Assembly: GCA_947456525.1 (NCBI GenBank)
Contig: CANGRI010000001.1
Span: 1 to 60,621 of the forward strand
DNA length: 60,621 nt
Origin: Opitutia bacterium
GTDB taxonomy: Bacteria; Verrucomicrobiota; Verrucomicrobiia; Opitutales; UBA953
Reading direction: 5' to 3'
Below, one piece after another: positions 8,747-18,557 of this stretch (within the stretch, counting starts at the first letter, position 1; each line of letters starts with the position of its first letter). A program made the translations under genes and the position numbers. The notes beneath the pieces were generated by a model that was not told the DNA's origin, did no database searches, and worked only from the letters and a program-made list of their open reading frames with translations.

Positions 8747-9361
8747 ATGAAGCGTTTCACCTTCCTTCTCGCCATCGCCGCCCTGAGCGTCGGTTGCACC
8801 TCCCGTATCCCTGACGGCTTCAACCCCCTGGCGTCCGGCAACGGCGGCAACGGTGGCGCCGGTGCCTTGGATACTCGCTCCGCCAACGCTCGTCGCGATG
8901 CCCTCGCCGCCGCCATCCGTGCCGGCAACATTCCGCCCGAGGCCATCCTGACCACCGTCTACTTCGACTTCGACAAGTACACCGTCTCCGCCACCGAGCG
9001 CGCCAAGGTCGACGCCGTCGCCGGTCGCGTGAAGGCCACCGAAGTCATCATCGCCGGTTACACCGACCATTTCGGCACCGAAGAGTATAACCTCGGTCTC
9101 TCCGATCGTCGCGCCCAGTCTGTCCGCGATTACCTCGTCAAGCTTGGCGCCAATCAGGCCCAGTCCGAAATCATGGCCCTCGGTTCCCAGCATGCCGACA
9201 AGGGTGCCGCCGGTCGCCAGTCCGGCGCCAAGGACCGCAAGGCTGTCATCGTCGACGTGAACTACTCCGGACCCGTCGCCGCTCCTGCCGCCGCCAAGGC
9301 CCCCGTCCGTTCGGCCGCGCCTGCCGCGGGCGCCGCTCCCGCCCCGGTCACCGCTCTCTGA
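8747..9361 (+). CDS. OmpA-family peptidoglycan-associated (Pal-like) probable lipoprotein
   Basis: Track ORF 8561..9361 trimmed to ATG 8747: MKRFTFLLAIAALSVGC. OmpA_C-like block TVYFDFDKYTV...IAGYTDHFGTEEYNLGLSDRRAQSVRDYL. Ala/Pro-rich C-terminal tail. Confidence 0.85.
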   Translation: MKRFTFLLAIAALSVGCTSRIPDGFNPLASGNGGNGGAGALDTRSANARRDALAAAIRAGNIPPEAILTTVYFDFDKYTVSATERAKVDAVAGRVKATEVIIAGYTDHFGTEEYNLGLSDRRAQSVRDYLVKLGANQAQSEIMALGSQHADKGAAGRQSGAKDRKAVIVDVNYSGPVAAPAAAKAPVRSAAPAAGAAPAPVTAL

Positions 9362-9380
9362 GCGTTCCGGTCCTGAAAGC

Positions 9381-9409
9381 AAAAGGCCCGCCGAATGGCG
9401 GGCCTTTTT
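9381..9409. terminator. Bidirectional rho-independent terminator between convergent pal-like and dsbD-like genes
   Basis: AAAA-GGCCCGCC-GAAT-GGCGGGCC-TTTTT: perfect 8-bp GC stem (9385-9392/9397-9404), 4-nt loop. T-run on the + strand and A-run (T-run on the - strand) flank it. Confidence 0.75.
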
Positions 9410-9428
9410 GTTGTCCGCATTCTCCCGC

Positions 9429-11456
9429 TTACGGGAGCGTCGCGTAAAGGTAGGCGAGGGTGCCGCCGAAGAGCGCAGCCGCGGCAAGCTTGGCCGCGAG
9501 GCGTTCCTTGTCGGTACGATGCAGGGCGCCCCAGCGTCCTAGGATCCAGCAAGCCGTGGCGATGATCGCCAGGCCCAACGAGGCGTCGCGCACCCATGCG
9601 GCGTCTTCGACCAGCGCATTGAGCACCCAGAGCAGGTAGAGCGCGTAGGCGAAGAGCGGGAAGGACATGCCTTGCTTGAGCGATTCCATCCATTCGCCGG
9701 GACGAGGTAGCAGGGCGGCGAGACGCGGGAAGACCGAGAGCAGGAGGTAAGGCAGCGCCATGCCGAGGCCGATGACCGTGAAGAAGAGCAACGTCTCGCC
9801 GGTGGAGCGTTCCTTGTCCAACGCGAAGCCAAGGGCGGCTCCGAGGCCCGGCGCGGTGCAAGGCGTCGCCACGACCGTGGCGAGCACTCCTGAAAGGAAG
9901 GTGGCGACCCGACCGTCCCCTTCGCCGGCGGAGACGCCTCCGAGTCCGACGCCAATCTCGAAGACGCCGGCCAGGCTGAGCCCGAGGACGATCATCAGCA
10001 CGCAGGTACCAAGCACGAAGCCCGGAGACTGCATCTGGAAACCCCAGCCGACTGACGAACCTCCCGACTTGAGTCCCACGATCAGTAACGCGAGGGCGAG
10101 GAAGCTGACGATCACGCCGGCGGAGTAGAGCAGGCCGTTGAGGATGACGGTGCGACGGGCGGCGCCGGCTTCCTTGGCGAAGCCGAGGACCTTGAGGCCG
10201 ATCATCGGGAAGACGCAGGGCATCAGGTTGAGGAGAACGCCTCCGCCGAAAGCCAGCAGCAGCCAGATCGCGAACGGATGCGAAGTCGTCTCGGCTTGGT
10301 AGGCCTTGCCGGCCGCGACATCCTTGAGCGCGGCGAGGACTTCCGTGCCGGTGAGCGCTTCGGAGAGGATGGCGGGCGACTGGCCGGCTTTCAGGAAGAC
10401 GTTGAGCGGGATGCCGGTACGACCATACTTGCGGAGCTCGTCCGCGATGACCGCGTCCTTCTTGGTCCAGTCAGCCTTGAGGAGGACGACGCCGGACTGC
10501 GTCAGTGCCTTGGCGACGTCATCCTGCTTGTAGACGCGCTTGTTCACCTGACAGGTGGCGCACCAGCGAGCGGTGAAATCCACGTAGACGATCTTGCCGT
10601 CGGCGAGGGCTTTGGCCTGGGCCTCAGGCGACCAGGGCTGCCAGTCGGGGCCGCCGGCATGGGGGGCGGTGGTCTCGGGCGCTGCCTTGGTGGCCGCGGA
10701 TTCCAGCTTCACGTTGATGTCGATGAAGCCGCCGTCTTCGGCTCGGGTGGTGAAGTTGAGCGGGCCGGAGGTGAGCGTCTCGGTGGCGTCGCGGAGCTCG
10801 AGCGTGAGTTTGCCGCCGGCCTTCTTCTGCTGCGACGTGGCGTTCGGCGTCACGAAGTTCCGTTCCGGGAACCACGTGTCGGTCAGTTTGCGGTCGGCGG
10901 GCAGGGCGATCGTCAGCGTCTTACCATCGCTGGTCGCGGTGGTCGCGAGGCTGGCGCGCAGGGCGGGGTAAAGCTTCCGGTCATATTTATATGCCGGGTT
11001 GCCCTGGCCGACGCTGAGCGTGAGGGCGACCAGCGTGTCGTGGGGCCAGCATCCCTTGTCGTCGCATTCGAGCCATTCCGCCTTCCCCTTGAGGGTCATC
11101 GTGCCGGTCTTTCCGGCCGGGACGGTGACTTCGAGGAGGATGAGCGTCTCGTCCTCGTAGACGAAGTTCATCACGCCGGCTTGATCCAGCAGCTTGGGGC
11201 CCGGCCAGATCATCGGACCGACGTCAGTGCCCGACTTCTCCGTCCATTCGATGGTCGGCGAAGCGCCCGCGTCGCCCGGATTCTTCCAGTAAATATGGAA
11301 GTGGGGGTCGCAGCGGTAGCGAAGGGCCACGAGGGCTTTCTCGCCGGCTCGGATGTCGGGCGTCAGGTTGACCAGGTCGACCTTGGTACGGACGGCGGCG
11401 CTCAGCTCGCCGAGCAGGGCGAACAGCGAGAACAGACCGAGGGCGAGGAGTCTCAT
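9429..11456 (-). CDS. DsbD-family protein-disulfide reductase (domain order alpha - thioredoxin - transmembrane)
   Basis: 675 aa with a signal peptide. DsbD-alpha-like Cys pair WLECDDKGCWP (C131/C136), thioredoxin FTARWCATC (C299/C302), then a multi-TM core with LMPCVFP (C414) and ATPCTAPG (C533). Confidence 0.85.
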   Translation of the reverse strand: MRLLALGLFSLFALLGELSAAVRTKVDLVNLTPDIRAGEKALVALRYRCDPHFHIYWKNPGDAGASPTIEWTEKSGTDVGPMIWPGPKLLDQAGVMNFVYEDETLILLEVTVPAGKTGTMTLKGKAEWLECDDKGCWPHDTLVALTLSVGQGNPAYKYDRKLYPALRASLATTATSDGKTLTIALPADRKLTDTWFPERNFVTPNATSQQKKAGGKLTLELRDATETLTSGPLNFTTRAEDGGFIDINVKLESAATKAAPETTAPHAGGPDWQPWSPEAQAKALADGKIVYVDFTARWCATCQVNKRVYKQDDVAKALTQSGVVLLKADWTKKDAVIADELRKYGRTGIPLNVFLKAGQSPAILSEALTGTEVLAALKDVAAGKAYQAETTSHPFAIWLLLAFGGGVLLNLMPCVFPMIGLKVLGFAKEAGAARRTVILNGLLYSAGVIVSFLALALLIVGLKSGGSSVGWGFQMQSPGFVLGTCVLMIVLGLSLAGVFEIGVGLGGVSAGEGDGRVATFLSGVLATVVATPCTAPGLGAALGFALDKERSTGETLLFFTVIGLGMALPYLLLSVFPRLAALLPRPGEWMESLKQGMSFPLFAYALYLLWVLNALVEDAAWVRDASLGLAIIATACWILGRWGALHRTDKERLAAKLAAAALFGGTLAYLYATLP

Positions 11457-11505
11457 GCGCCTACCTTGGGCTTAAAGCCGGCAGGATGCAAGGCGACGGA
11501 GGCTC

Positions 11506-12894
11506 TCAGGGGACGAGATGGCAGGGCAGGAGGGCCGCGTCGCTCATCCCGTGGATGATCTTCTTATCGGCCGGGCAGAAGGTCGACAGGATGCCGGAAA
11601 GTTCGACCGTATCGCCGTCGACGAAGAAGTAGGGGCAGAGGCGGACGCGTCCGTCGGCCGGGACCACCGAGCCGTCGTCGGCGTAGACGGGGTGCGTCAG
11701 GCGCGAAGGCTTGTGGTACTCCTGCATCACGTGGAACGTCTCGTTCTCCGGATTCAGGGCGTTCTCGATGGCCTCGAGCCATTCCTCGCGGGAGACGTCG
11801 CTTCCGAGGGTCACCGAGCGGGCGCCCCAGGCGGTCTCATGGAAGCCGGAGGCCTTGATGATCAGGTTGCGTTCGCGCTGGGAGGCTTCGGCGAGCTCGG
11901 ACCATTCGCGGATCGGGCGGCCGGCGAAGCCCGGCGCATGCAGGACCGCCGTCGGTGGCAGCTCGGTCTTCTCCATGATCCAGGTCTTCGGCACGATGCG
12001 GAAGAGGGCCTCGTGATGGTCCTCGGGAAGGTTCTCCTTCCAGAATTCGGCGAGCTGCGGGTGGTGGAGCAGGGCGAGGCCCAGCTTCTCTTCCTGGAAC
12101 GCCTTCATCGGCGGAGTCAGCGTCAGCGTGCCCGCCTCGACCGCGTTGAAGATGCCGTCGGCGCCCTTGACGTTGGCGAGATCGAAGAGTTCGAAGAAGC
12201 GGTAGAGGATGTCGACCCGTCGAGGCGCGCCGTCCACCGGGATGTAGGAGCCGTCGCCCATCTGCATGATCTGGGCCGGGGTGACGACGTGGACGTCATG
12301 GCCGAGCGTGCGGAGTTTCTCCCCGAGCCATTCGAATTCGGGGCGATAGGTGGCGGCTTCGTCGCTGACCACGATGGCGACGAGCGGGAACTTCTCCTTG
12401 GGCGTCAGGCGCGCCAGCGAAGCCATGAACCGGTCGGGCATCACGGAGGAACCGATCAGGCGCGGGAAATCCTCGGCGTAGACCTCGTTGAGGTAAGCCG
12501 TCAGGCCGACACCGCCGGGGACGCTGTCCAGCTCGGTCATCGTGAAGCCCTGTTCGGTGATCAGCAGGTCAGGGCGGAGGACGACGGGACACTGGCCTTT
12601 GACGGCGCGATGGCGGCCGTGCTCGATCAGGCCCGCGGGCTTATAGCGATCGAGGTATTCGGCGACCCAGGGAGCGTAGACCTCACGATTGCGGAGGATC
12701 TTCTTGCCGGTGAACGAACGTACGTAGAGCCGCTCGAGCGCGCGATGGTAGCTCAGGCAGGCGGCGCCGATGCGCTTCAGGTCGCGGAGCTGGGCTTCGG
12801 TGATCGGCCAAGGCTCCGGCGACAGTTTCCAGATCTTCTCCGCGAACAGCGGGGTATCGAGGAGGTTCTGGCGGAGGACGTCCCGGGTGGGCAT
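11506..12894 (-). CDS. Uncharacterised ATP-grasp-like protein (glutathionylspermidine-synthase-like / circularly permuted ATP-grasp type, tentative)
   Basis: 462 aa, ATG start 14 nt after the prfB stop. VLRPDLLITEQGFTMTELDSVPGGVGLTAYL resembles the nucleotide-binding strand-loop of GSP-synthetase-like ATP-grasp proteins. Family call is from memory only. Confidence 0.65.
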   Translation of the reverse strand: MPTRDVLRQNLLDTPLFAEKIWKLSPEPWPITEAQLRDLKRIGAACLSYHRALERLYVRSFTGKKILRNREVYAPWVAEYLDRYKPAGLIEHGRHRAVKGQCPVVLRPDLLITEQGFTMTELDSVPGGVGLTAYLNEVYAEDFPRLIGSSVMPDRFMASLARLTPKEKFPLVAIVVSDEAATYRPEFEWLGEKLRTLGHDVHVVTPAQIMQMGDGSYIPVDGAPRRVDILYRFFELFDLANVKGADGIFNAVEAGTLTLTPPMKAFQEEKLGLALLHHPQLAEFWKENLPEDHHEALFRIVPKTWIMEKTELPPTAVLHAPGFAGRPIREWSELAEASQRERNLIIKASGFHETAWGARSVTLGSDVSREEWLEAIENALNPENETFHVMQEYHKPSRLTHPVYADDGSVVPADGRVRLCPYFFVDGDTVELSGILSTFCPADKKIIHGMSDAALLPCHLVP

Positions 12895-12908
12895 GACGAG
12901 GAGAGGAC

Positions 12909-14054
12909 TTAGTCCTCGATCTTGATGTCCTTGTTGCGCGTGCGGGGGCCGCCGGCACGGAGCCAGCCGTTGATGAACGAGTCGATGTCGCCGTCCATGA
13001 CCGCCTGGATATTGCCCGTCTCGACGCCGGTGCGCAGGTCCTTCACCATCTGGTAAGGTTGGAAGACGTAGGAACGGATCTGGTTGCCCCAGCCGATGTC
13101 GCCTTTCTCGCCGTAGTATTTCTCCATCTCGGCGCGCTTGTCGTCGATGGTCTTCTCGTAGATGCGGGCGCGGAGGATCTTCATCGCGAGGGCGCGGTTC
13201 TTGACCTGGGAGCGTTCGCGCTGGCAGGCCACGACGATGCCCGTCGGGATGTGCGTGAGGCGCACGGCGGATTCGGTCTTGTTGACGTGCTGGCCGCCCT
13301 TGCCGCTGGAACGGTAGACGTCGACGCGCAGGTCGGCTTCGTTGACCTCGACGTCGATATCGTCGTCGATCTCGGCGACGACGTCGACCGAGGCGAAGGA
13401 CGTATGGCGGCGGGCGTTGGCGTCGAAGGGCGAGATGCGGACGAGGCGATGGACCCCGCGCTCGGCCTTGACGTAGCCGTAGGCGTTGGGCCCTTCGAGA
13501 CGGAAGGTGGCCTGGCTGATGCCGGCGCCTTCGCCCTCGGCGATGTCTTCGACTTCGATCTTGAAGCCGCGACGTTCGGCCCAGCGCGTGTACATGCGGT
13601 AGAGCAGGTCGGCCCAGTCGTTGGATTCCGTGCCGCCGGCGCCGGCCTTGACGGTGACGATGGCGTTGGAGCGGTCGTGCGGACCGGAGAGGAAGGAGGC
13701 GATCTCGAGGTCGGACACGGCGCCGAGCAGGTCCGTGGCGAGCTTGCGGAGTTCCTCGACTTCGGCGTCGGCCGTGCCGTCAGGGGATTCCGTGATCAGT
13801 TCGGCAAGGGTCTTGGCGTCGTCGATCTGACGGCGGAAGGCGACCTGGGGGGCGACGATGTTCTTGTGCCCATTGCACTCCGAGATGACCTTCTGCGCGG
13901 CCTTCTGGCTGTCCCAGAAGTTCTGGGCGCCCATCTGCTCCTCGAGCTTGGCGATCGCGGCCTGTTTCCCCGGGACATCCAGGAACTTCCAAAGATAGCC
14001 GGCGCGGCGTTCGACTTCGTCGAGATTGGCACGGATTTCAGGCGGAATATACAT
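12909..14054 (-). CDS. prfB: Peptide chain release factor 2
   Basis: 381 aa. [15 protein letters not shown] (SPF anticodon-like tripeptide of RF2) and [24 protein letters not shown] (GGQ). Single uninterrupted frame. Confidence 0.92.
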   Translation of the reverse strand: MYIPPEIRANLDEVERRAGYLWKFLDVPGKQAAIAKLEEQMGAQNFWDSQKAAQKVISECNGHKNIVAPQVAFRRQIDDAKTLAELITESPDGTADAEVEELRKLATDLLGAVSDLEIASFLSGPHDRSNAIVTVKAGAGGTESNDWADLLYRMYTRWAERRGFKIEVEDIAEGEGAGISQATFRLEGPNAYGYVKAERGVHRLVRISPFDANARRHTSFASVDVVAEIDDDIDVEVNEADLRVDVYRSSGKGGQHVNKTESAVRLTHIPTGIVVACQRERSQVKNRALAMKILRARIYEKTIDDKRAEMEKYYGEKGDIGWGNQIRSYVFQPYQMVKDLRTGVETGNIQAVMDGDIDSFINGWLRAGGPRTRNKDIKIED

Positions 14055-14198
14055 CGGAAAGGGGTGGCGAGGGCTGGGAGCGTCCGCCGAAGGCGGCGAA
14101 GGGGTTGGGCATACGGTGCGGATGCCGTGTTTTCAATGTCAGAGTGCGTCCGGGCCGCCTTGGTTTGCCAAACCGTGGCTTTGGCGTACCCTGAGGTC

Positions 14199-14684
14199 AT
14201 GTGCGCCCAGGAATCCCCGGTCCGGCTCAGCATCGGACACGTTCACCTCAAGGTCTCGGACCTGGAGCGCTCGACGGCTTTCTACCGAGACGTCATCGGC
14301 CTCTCCGTGACCCAGCGCTATGGCTCGCAGGCGATCTTCCTCTCTGCCGACGGGTATCACCACCACGTCGGCCTGAACACCTGGGAGAGCCGTGGCGGAC
14401 GCCCGCCGGCCGCAGGCACGACCGGGCTTTACCATGTCGCCTTCCTTTATCCGAGCCGACCCGAACTCGCCCAGGCCGTCCGGCGCGTGCTTAAGCACGG
14501 AGTCCAGCTCGACGGGGCGGCGGATCACGGGGTGAGCCAGGCCATCTACCTGCGGGATCCGGACGGCAACGGTGTCGAGCTCTATTGGGACCGTCCGGCG
14601 ACGGAATGGCCTCGTGATGCGGAAGGTACGCTGGCCATGACGACCGACGCGCTCGATCTGCCTGGGCTGCTTGCCCTGGCCTGA
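14199..14684 (+). CDS. VOC-family (glyoxalase/bleomycin-resistance/extradiol-dioxygenase fold) protein
   Basis: Track ORF 13059..14684 trimmed to ATG 14199; the upstream part is the antisense shadow of prfB. LSIGHVHLKVSDLERSTAFYRDVIGL...YHVAF...AIYLRDPDGNGVELY. Confidence 0.8.
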   Translation: MCAQESPVRLSIGHVHLKVSDLERSTAFYRDVIGLSVTQRYGSQAIFLSADGYHHHVGLNTWESRGGRPPAAGTTGLYHVAFLYPSRPELAQAVRRVLKHGVQLDGAADHGVSQAIYLRDPDGNGVELYWDRPATEWPRDAEGTLAMTTDALDLPGLLALA

Positions 14685-14735
14685 GGCCTTGGGTCGCACT
14701 TGCGCCCCGGCGGGGGAAGGGCATACATCCAGCCC

Positions 14736-17288
14736 ATGTCTTACCTCGAAGGTCTGAGTTTCGCCCAGATTGCCGGCCCGTTGCCTGAACGACGGGTGCT
14801 TTCCAACGGCCTCGAGGTCATCTATTCCCATCGTCCTGGGATCGGGCTCTGCACCGTCCAGGCTTGGGTCCGCACCGGCAGCATCCATGAAGGCCGCTGG
14901 GAAGGTTCGGGCATCTCCCACTACCTCGAACACATGGTGTTCAAGGGGACGGGTCGCTTCACGAACCGCGAACTGACCGACGCGATCCATAAGAGCGGCG
15001 GTTCGTCCAACGCCTATACGACCTTCGACCGTACGGTCTACTATGTCGACGCCCCCCAGGAAGGTTTCGAGACCGCGATGGAGGCCATCGCCGACATGGT
15101 CTTCGATCCGCTGATCACCGACGCCGACGCGAAGATGGAGCGCGAAGTCATCCTGCGCGAAATCGCGATGTGCGATGACGAGCACGACCAGGTGCTCGCC
15201 AAGTCCGTCCTCGAGGAGGCCGTCCGTTCGCACCCGCTTCGCCAGCCGGTCATCGGTCATCGCGACCTGTTCGTGCGCATCACTCCGGACGACCTGCGCT
15301 CCTATCATGCCAGCCGCTACGTCCCGACCAACGTCGTCCTCGCGCTCGGTGGCAGCATGCCTCCGGAGGAAGTCTTCGCCTCGGCCGAACGTTGGTTCGG
15401 TCGCTTCGCCCGTCGTCCGTTGATCGATATCGCGGGCCATCAGGAGCCCCCGCAGGGCGGCGTCCGTCGCGCCGACCTCATCCGGGAGGTCAACACGTCG
15501 AAGGGCGTCGCCTGCTGGCGTATCCCGGGTTACTTCGACGAAGGTCGTCTCGCGACGGACCTGTTCTTGGGCGTGCTCGGGGCGGGCAACAGTTCTCTGC
15601 TGTGGAGCGAACTGCGTGAGAAGCGCAAGCTCGTGCACGGCATCGATGCGTCCGGCTTCGGCATCCGTGACCTGGGGTTGGCCTGGTGTAGTTGGACCGG
15701 CGAAGCCGGCACGGAAGCCCCCGTCGTCGAAAAGGCCATCGCCGAAGTCGTCGATGGGCTCCTGCAGAAGGGCGTCACTCCCGCGCAGTTCGAAAAAGTG
15801 CGCCGCCAATCCGTCGTCGCCATGGTCAACGGCCAGAAGAACATCCACGGGCTGACCAGTCGCGTCGCCCATGCGGCCACGATCGGCCACGACATATCCT
15901 GGCCGCAGCGGGGCGTGGAGCATCTCGCCCGGCTCGGGGCCGAAGACCTCACCCGCGAGGCCCGTAAGTGGCTGCGTCCGGACAACGTCACTTTCGGCAC
16001 GATGCGCGGCGGCAAGGCCGAGGCGTCGTCCCCCGCCGCCACCGCGCCGGCCACCCCCGATCGTTTCGAGACCTTCACGTTGGACAACGGCGTCCGCGTC
16101 GTCCTTCAGCATGACGCCACGATCCCCAAGGCGGGAGTCGGCGTCTTCCTCGCCGGCGGCGTCGCCTATGAGGAGGCCGATAAGCGCGGCACGACGGGGC
16201 TGCTCGGCACCATGTTCGCCCGCGACAACGTGCATCGCACCAAGGAGGAAGTCGCCCAGCTGGTCGATAGCCTAGGGGCGACGTTCGCCGATCATGGTTC
16301 ACAGGTCTCCTGCGGCCTCTGGGGCGAGGCGTTGAGCTCCGATTTCACCCAGATTTCCGAACTGATCGCCGACGGCATCCTGGGTCCGAAGATCCTGCCG
16401 GAGACCTTCGCCTTGGAGCGTGCGGCGATCGTCACCGCCTGCCGCGAGGCTGAGGATGACATCGTCGAGAAGGCCCGCCTGCGGTTGCAGCGTCAATACT
16501 TCGGCGAACATCCGCTCGCCGTCGACGCCTGCGGCACGCCCGAGACGTTGGCCCGGATCCAGCCGGCCGACCTCGCCGCGCTGCATCGCTCCCTCGTCGT
16601 GGCCGACAATATCGTCGTCGGCGTCAGCGGCGCGTTCGACCGTCCGGCGGTCATCGAGTTCGTCAACCGCCGCTTCGGTTCGCTGCCCAAGGTTTCCCTG
16701 GCCCGTCGGACGATCCCGCAGCATGTCCCGCTGACTGCGGGCAAGGAGCTTGAGCGTGCCCAAGGCGAGCAGGCCGTCGTGGCGATCGCCTTCCCGCATT
16801 GCGGCTTCGCGCCCGATGAGGTCGTCGCCGCCAATGTGACGGAAGAACTGCTCAGCGGCATGGCCAGCGGCCTCTTCCGGCGCGTCCGTGAAGAGAAGGG
16901 CATGGCTTATTTCGTGGGAGCCACCCGCGTCGAGATCGTCGACCAGGGCATGTTCTACCTCTACGCGGGCACCGCCCCCGCCTCGGCCCAGGAGGTCGTG
17001 AAGGAGATGCGCCTAGAGCTCGATCGCCTGCGCAAGGGCAAGTTCGCCCCGAACGAAATCGAGGATGCCAAGCGTCGCATGCGCGTCTCCCGTCGCCAAG
17101 GCCGCCAGTCCGCCGGCGCCCGCATGCAAGGCGCGTTGGTCCGCGAGGTCGCGGGACTCGGCGCCAACTTCGACGCCGAATGGGAACGCCGCATGAGCCT
17201 GACCGACGAAGCGGCCGTGCAGGCCTTCGCCCGGCGCTTCCTCGATCCGAAGTTCGAGCAGGAGCTGATCGTCCTGCCGAAAGAGTGA
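14736..17288 (+). CDS. M16 (pitrilysin/insulinase) family zinc peptidase, fused double-unit form
   Basis: The track ORF begins at TTG 14700; the first ATG is at 14736 (MSYLEGLSF). GISHYLEHMVFKGT carries the HxxEH inverted zincin motif. The second half (~aa 440-850) is an M16 repeat without HxxEH. Confidence 0.88.
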   Translation: MSYLEGLSFAQIAGPLPERRVLSNGLEVIYSHRPGIGLCTVQAWVRTGSIHEGRWEGSGISHYLEHMVFKGTGRFTNRELTDAIHKSGGSSNAYTTFDRTVYYVDAPQEGFETAMEAIADMVFDPLITDADAKMEREVILREIAMCDDEHDQVLAKSVLEEAVRSHPLRQPVIGHRDLFVRITPDDLRSYHASRYVPTNVVLALGGSMPPEEVFASAERWFGRFARRPLIDIAGHQEPPQGGVRRADLIREVNTSKGVACWRIPGYFDEGRLATDLFLGVLGAGNSSLLWSELREKRKLVHGIDASGFGIRDLGLAWCSWTGEAGTEAPVVEKAIAEVVDGLLQKGVTPAQFEKVRRQSVVAMVNGQKNIHGLTSRVAHAATIGHDISWPQRGVEHLARLGAEDLTREARKWLRPDNVTFGTMRGGKAEASSPAATAPATPDRFETFTLDNGVRVVLQHDATIPKAGVGVFLAGGVAYEEADKRGTTGLLGTMFARDNVHRTKEEVAQLVDSLGATFADHGSQVSCGLWGEALSSDFTQISELIADGILGPKILPETFALERAAIVTACREAEDDIVEKARLRLQRQYFGEHPLAVDACGTPETLARIQPADLAALHRSLVVADNIVVGVSGAFDRPAVIEFVNRRFGSLPKVSLARRTIPQHVPLTAGKELERAQGEQAVVAIAFPHCGFAPDEVVAANVTEELLSGMASGLFRRVREEKGMAYFVGATRVEIVDQGMFYLYAGTAPASAQEVVKEMRLELDRLRKGKFAPNEIEDAKRRMRVSRRQGRQSAGARMQGALVREVAGLGANFDAEWERRMSLTDEAAVQAFARRFLDPKFEQELIVLPKE

Positions 17289-18554
17289 TCAGTCGGCCAG
17301 GAAGTGCCGCTTCGCGATCCGGGCTGAGATGATGCCCGGGATCGCCAGGCTGAGCGCGAACAGGAAGTAGTGCGCATAGCCTAGGCGGTCGGAGAGACGT
17401 CCTGCCCAGAGTCCCGGCAGGTAATTGGCCAGCAGGGCGAAGGTGGACAGCGCCGCGTAGCGGATCGCCGCGCCGGGGCCGGACGCGAGTTTCATCATCG
17501 CGAGGATCAAGGCGCAGAGCCCGGCGCCATAGGCCAGGTATTCGATGAAGAAGACCGTTCCGATGACCCAGAGGCTATGGGATCCGTCTAAGGCGAGCCA
17601 GGCGACGGCGGCCAAAGGGGCATGCATCGCGAGGCCCAGGGGAAGCAGCGAACGGCCGAGACCGAGCCGGGCGACCACTTGCGAGCCGATGATGCCACCG
17701 AGCGCCAATCCGAAGACGGCGGTGGCGATGCGCATCAGCGCGTAGGTCTCATTGCCGAGCCCGAGGCCGCCGTTGGTCGTGGAGGTCGCGAAGAGCGGCA
17801 GGATGCGGGCCATGTGAATCTCGCTGGCTCGGTAGAAGAAGATGAGGCCGAGCACCGCGGCAAGCCTCGGGTCCGTGAAGAGCGTGAGCAGTCCCTTCCG
17901 CATGTCCTGGAAGCGTTCGGTGACCGTCTTGCCATCCGCGGCTTGTCGGGGTTCCGCCATGAGGCCGAGGGCGTTGGCGGCCGCGGCGAAGAGCGCGAGG
18001 ATGGCCGCCGCGACCAGGGCCCACGACCAAGCGTCGGCTGACTGCGGGCCGTGGTCCATGATGCGGCCGGCGAGCCAGATGAGGCCCGGGCCGGCGAGGA
18101 CCATGCCCAGCTTGGAGGCGAAGTTGAGGAGGCCCGAATGGGTCGCGCGAATCCGGTCATCAAGGGCCGAGACGAAATAGCCGTCGAGGGCGAAGTCATG
18201 GGCGGCGGCCAAGAAGGAAAGCAGCACCAAGCAGCCGATGATCGCCGGCGAAGAAGGGTGTTCGGCCGCCACTTGCAGCGCCAATCCTCCGAGCAGTAGG
18301 GAGATGGCGAGCTCGGCGCACAGGATGAAGCCACGGGGGCGGAAGGCGGCGACCAGCGGAGCCAGCAGGATCTTGAAGCCGAAGATCAGGCCGAGGTAGG
18401 CGACCGCCTGCGTGATGTCCTTGTCGGCGTACCCCGTGTTCTTCAACGCCACCGGCAAGGCTTCGTCGCGGACCGCCGCGGGGATCGACTGGAAGAGGTA
18501 GGCCGCGGAGACCCAGAGCCAGGCGCGTCGGGTCGTTGCCGGGGCTTCGCGCAT
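17289..18554 (-). CDS. MFS transporter, AmpG-like (muropeptide permease family, tentative)
   Basis: 421 aa, hydrophobic throughout (about 12 TM stretches). The N-terminal region WLWVSAAYLFQSIPAAVRDEALPVALKNTGYADKDI resembles AmpG-type permeases. Family-level call. Confidence 0.75.
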   Translation of the reverse strand: MREAPATTRRAWLWVSAAYLFQSIPAAVRDEALPVALKNTGYADKDITQAVAYLGLIFGFKILLAPLVAAFRPRGFILCAELAISLLLGGLALQVAAEHPSSPAIIGCLVLLSFLAAAHDFALDGYFVSALDDRIRATHSGLLNFASKLGMVLAGPGLIWLAGRIMDHGPQSADAWSWALVAAAILALFAAAANALGLMAEPRQAADGKTVTERFQDMRKGLLTLFTDPRLAAVLGLIFFYRASEIHMARILPLFATSTTNGGLGLGNETYALMRIATAVFGLALGGIIGSQVVARLGLGRSLLPLGLAMHAPLAAVAWLALDGSHSLWVIGTVFFIEYLAYGAGLCALILAMMKLASGPGAAIRYAALSTFALLANYLPGLWAGRLSDRLGYAHYFLFALSLAIPGIISARIAKRHFLAD

Positions 18555-18557
18555 CGC

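Noticed and set aside
7398-9361. N-terminal extensions of track ORFs (7398, 8561; likewise 2417, 24083, 25986, 29899..30927, 33046..33987, 45026..46534, 47974, 48489, 49505, 58353, 6170..7072, 51410..51757).
   Set aside because: The extended parts overlap neighbouring genes or are compositionally non-coding. Conserved N-termini or signal peptides begin at internal ATG/GTG codons, which often form ATGA/GTGA/TGATG junctions with the preceding gene.
13975-14054. Possible programmed +1 frameshift site in prfB (sequence GGC TAT CTT TGG resembles the canonical CTT TGA C site).
   Set aside because: The codon after CTT is TGG (Trp), not TGA, and the frame runs uninterrupted from ATG 14054 to the stop at 12909, with SPF and GGQ in the same frame. 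This RF2 is therefore encoded without a frameshift.
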